Positions 61,815-64,000 of a stretch of DNA of 64,000 nt are shown here, piece by piece (positions within the stretch are counted from its first letter, which is position 1; each line of letters starts with the position of its first letter). This stretch comes from Dehalococcoidia bacterium (GTDB taxonomy: Bacteria; Chloroflexota; Dehalococcoidia; Plut-88900). Made by a program: the position numbers and the translations under genes. The notes under the pieces are model-generated. The model made no database searches and was not told the origin of the DNA. It saw only the letters and a program-made list of their open reading frames with translations. Where the stretch lies: assembly GCA_965197645.1 (NCBI GenBank), contig OZ240219.1, forward strand, positions 2,976,001-3,040,000, in the 5' to 3' direction.

Positions 61815-62696
61815 ATGCCGAACAAGAACGGAAGCAACAACGGAAACGGCGTCCACGAGGACACCGCCATGGCCACCCGGAACGGAAACGGCCACAAGCC
61901 TGAGGCCGAAATCACCGGCGGGCACGACCTTCTCTGGGACGGTCTCTCGCCCGCCGTCACCAGGGCGCTGGAACAGCCCCTCGACCCCGTACTGGTCTCC
62001 CAGCGCAAGGGACGCGCCGGCAGGGTCTTCGACTACCTGGAAGGCCACGTCGTCATCGACCAGGCCAACCGGGTGTTCGGATACGGTGGCTGGGGCTACG
62101 AGATGGTCGGAGAGGTGGCCCTACGCCGGATCGAGACCGTCGACGTGAAAACGGGAGAGGTGAAGGTGTCCTACGGTTACAGCGCTCCCGTCCGGGTCAC
62201 CGTCCCCGGCGCCCCGCCGCGCACCGACACCGGCTTCCATGCCGTTACCGACGAGACCGCTGACGGGCATGAGACTGCCCTGAAGGGAGCTGTCACCGAC
62301 GGCATGAAGCGCGCCCTGCGCAGCTTTGGGGACCGGTTCGGCAACGGCCTGTACGGCGACCGGCAGTCCCAGGAGGCGAGAAGCCGAGGGACCGACGCCG
62401 GGCGGACGGGCGGAAAGGGTGGCGGCACGCCCCGCCCTCAGCGCGTCTCATCTCCGGCCAAGGGGACGTTCAGCCCCGTGCCGGGCAACGACCTCGACGA
62501 GACCCATGTGCGGTACCTGCGCAAGCGGATCTTGGAGCTGGGCGTCGAGCAGGGCTTCGAAAAGGGGCAGGTGCGGGCCGCCGTTCGCAACAGGACGGGC
62601 CGGGACCTAGAGGACCTGGCGGCGGCGGATCTGACACCCCTGGTCGAGGGCGCAACCCGGAGGCTCCACCAGATGCAGCAGGGAGATGCCGCATGA
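61815..62696 (+). CDS. Rad52/Rad22-family single-strand annealing protein
   Basis: R.GRAG..FDYLEGH.VI..ANRVFGYGGW...A.KGAVTDGMKRALRSFG..FGNGLY. Confidence 0.9.
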   Translation: MPNKNGSNNGNGVHEDTAMATRNGNGHKPEAEITGGHDLLWDGLSPAVTRALEQPLDPVLVSQRKGRAGRVFDYLEGHVVIDQANRVFGYGGWGYEMVGEVALRRIETVDVKTGEVKVSYGYSAPVRVTVPGAPPRTDTGFHAVTDETADGHETALKGAVTDGMKRALRSFGDRFGNGLYGDRQSQEARSRGTDAGRTGGKGGGTPRPQRVSSPAKGTFSPVPGNDLDETHVRYLRKRILELGVEQGFEKGQVRAAVRNRTGRDLEDLAAADLTPLVEGATRRLHQMQQGDAA

Positions 62697-62763
62697 GCCA
62701 GGGGGCCATGACAACGAGCGGGGGCGTCTCCGCTCTCCATTTACGGGACAAGGAGGAGAAGAA

Positions 62764-63108
62764 ATGGCAACCACAACCGCGATCTACACACCCTGGGGTT
62801 GGACCCGGGACATTGAGGAGTTGGCCGATGGGGTCTTGAGAGTTTCCACGCCCAGCCACGGAGGGTTGAAGCTCAGCGGCGAGCGGTGGAACTCCCTGCC
62901 CGCCGAGGTCCGGGACGGTATGTACACACCGACCTTCGCCGAGGAGGACTGCGAGGAGTCCATCGTCAGGACACTGCTGGGCCTGGGGGATGACCGGGAG
63001 AGGGAGCTTGCCCTCAGGGTGGCGGGCTACTTTGACCGCTACGCCCCGGCGCTGCCCCACCTGCGGGCTGCCGCCCGGGGGCCGCACTACCACGTCATCG
63101 GCTACTAG
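62764..63108 (+). CDS. DUF7007-like protein, possibly truncated by a premature TAG
   Basis: TPWG...LADG...VSTPSHGG..LS...EEDC; frame continues with protein-like sequence after TAG 63106-63108. Confidence 0.65.
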   Translation: MATTTAIYTPWGWTRDIEELADGVLRVSTPSHGGLKLSGERWNSLPAEVRDGMYTPTFAEEDCEESIVRTLLGLGDDRERELALRVAGYFDRYAPALPHLRAAARGPHYHVIGY

Positions 63109-63254
63109 GGCGGCTACGGGACCTGCTCCTTCGGGCACTTCGATACCAGGGAGGAGGCGGAAGCCTTCGCCGGCGACGGTGGGAACCTGCGGGACCACGG
63201 ACGGCTCGAGGCCGTCGAGTGCGACAGGAATCACGACGGGAAGGGGGAAGGGCC

Positions 63255-63665
63255 ATGAGCACGACGACAAGGGCCAGGCCCCGCAGCCTTCCCAGCACCA
63301 CCACCAAGCTGCAGACCGAGTACGGGAACCTGTACGTCACCGTCTCTACCGACGAAGAGGGTCGGCCCTTCGAGGTCTTCGGCTGGCTGGGAAAGGGCGG
63401 CAGCTTCCAGCACGGGGTCACCGAGCTGGCCTGCCGGTTGATCTCCCTGCACCTGCGCAGGGGTACCCCGCTCGAGGAGGTGATCGACCAGATCGCCGGC
63501 ATCCAGGAGATGCAGCCCTTCTTCAACAGGATGGCCGACGGCGCCAGCGTGGCCGTCCTGGGACTGGGAGATGGCATTGCTCACATCCTGAAGGGTTACC
63601 TAAAGGATGGGGAAGACGGGGAAGTGGTGCAATCGACAGAAGCGGCCGAATCGAAGGTCGCATGA
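63255..63665 (+). CDS. Stand-alone TSCPD domain (class II RNR C-terminal-like)
   Basis: RP..L...T.K..T..GNLYVTV..D..G.PFEVF...GK.G......E...RLISL.LR.G...EEVIDQI.GI. Confidence 0.8.
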   Translation: MSTTTRARPRSLPSTTTKLQTEYGNLYVTVSTDEEGRPFEVFGWLGKGGSFQHGVTELACRLISLHLRRGTPLEEVIDQIAGIQEMQPFFNRMADGASVAVLGLGDGIAHILKGYLKDGEDGEVVQSTEAAESKVA

Positions 63666-63756
63666 CCGGCACGGCTCAAAGAAGCGTGGATCGAGGCGGG
63701 TTGCTCTCCAAGGAGACGGCTCCGCTTTCATCTACAGGAGATCAGGAGGTAAAAAA

Positions 63757-64000
63757 ATGACGACTGAGACCATCGACAGGACAGGGGTCTTCTCCCGTCC
63801 TGCGGCACGGTTCGACGCCGGCGGCAACCTGGAGGTGCGGGCATCGGCGGCCCTGGGCTGCCGCCGCGCCCTCTGGTACGCGGCGACGGGACACACGCCC
63901 ACCAGATCCCCCAGCGAGGAGTCCCGCATGGCGATGGAAGCGGGCAACGCCCTGGAGCCGGTGGTGGTCCGGGCGATGGAGCGGACCGGTTGGAAGGTCG
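63757..64000 (+). CDS. Cas4/RecB-like PD-(D/E)xK exonuclease, N-terminal part (runs off window)
   Basis: AGGAGG RBS; RAS..GCRRALWY.......M..G...E. Confidence 0.6.
   Translation, partial: MTTETIDRTGVFSRPAARFDAGGNLEVRASAALGCRRALWYAATGHTPTRSPSEESRMAMEAGNALEPVVVRAMERTGWKV

Larger units (their letters stand above)
46607..64000 (-). mobile_element. ICE-B: second, inverted and partly decayed ICE (may extend left to ~37.8 kb; right end outside window)
   Basis: Nine syntenic paralogs of ICE-A genes plus a divergent replication/recombination operon. Confidence 0.85.

Noticed and set aside
63757-64000. Cas4-like ORF as evidence of CRISPR-Cas
   Set aside because: It sits in an operon with a Rad52 annealase and primase, the usual context of solo mobile-element exonucleases

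Overview
The window holds two diverged copies of one integrative conjugative element (ICE) family facing each other. ICE-A runs on the + strand (about 1-15.66 kb): secreted protein, VirB6/TrbL-like, two pilin-like genes, PrgI fusion, VirB4, VirD4-like coupling protein, tandem replication-relaxation protein, HTH regulators and a large serine recombinase whose 3' end is hit by an IS1182 relic. ICE-B carries the same transfer genes on the - strand (about 46.6-58.1 kb). It is partly decayed and continues into a divergent primase/Rad52/TSCPD/Cas4-like operon that runs off the window. About 30 kb of lower-GC cargo lies between the two and looks like a defence/stress island: AAA ATPase + DUF4276, an RloC-like SMC/HEPN protein, SRAP + decayed imuB-dnaE2 under a GAAC-N4-GTTC SOS box, a bacterial ubiquitin-like operon (Ubl, ThiF/E1, DUF6527, 4TM) with a divergent XRE + ImmA/IrrE pair, DUF5131 + frameshifted TcmP, a DUF4365 nuclease, and a type I RM operon carrying hicAB and a coiled-coil membrane gene. 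The most unusual signal is non-coding. Downstream of the conserved Arg-rich HTH gene, both ICEs share a ~55-nt motif followed by tandem bulged hairpins that keep their structure but not their sequence, which suggests an RNA-based control element. The host may be Chloroflexota (Dehalococcoidia-like); that is inference only. All family calls come from motif recognition by eye, not database searches.
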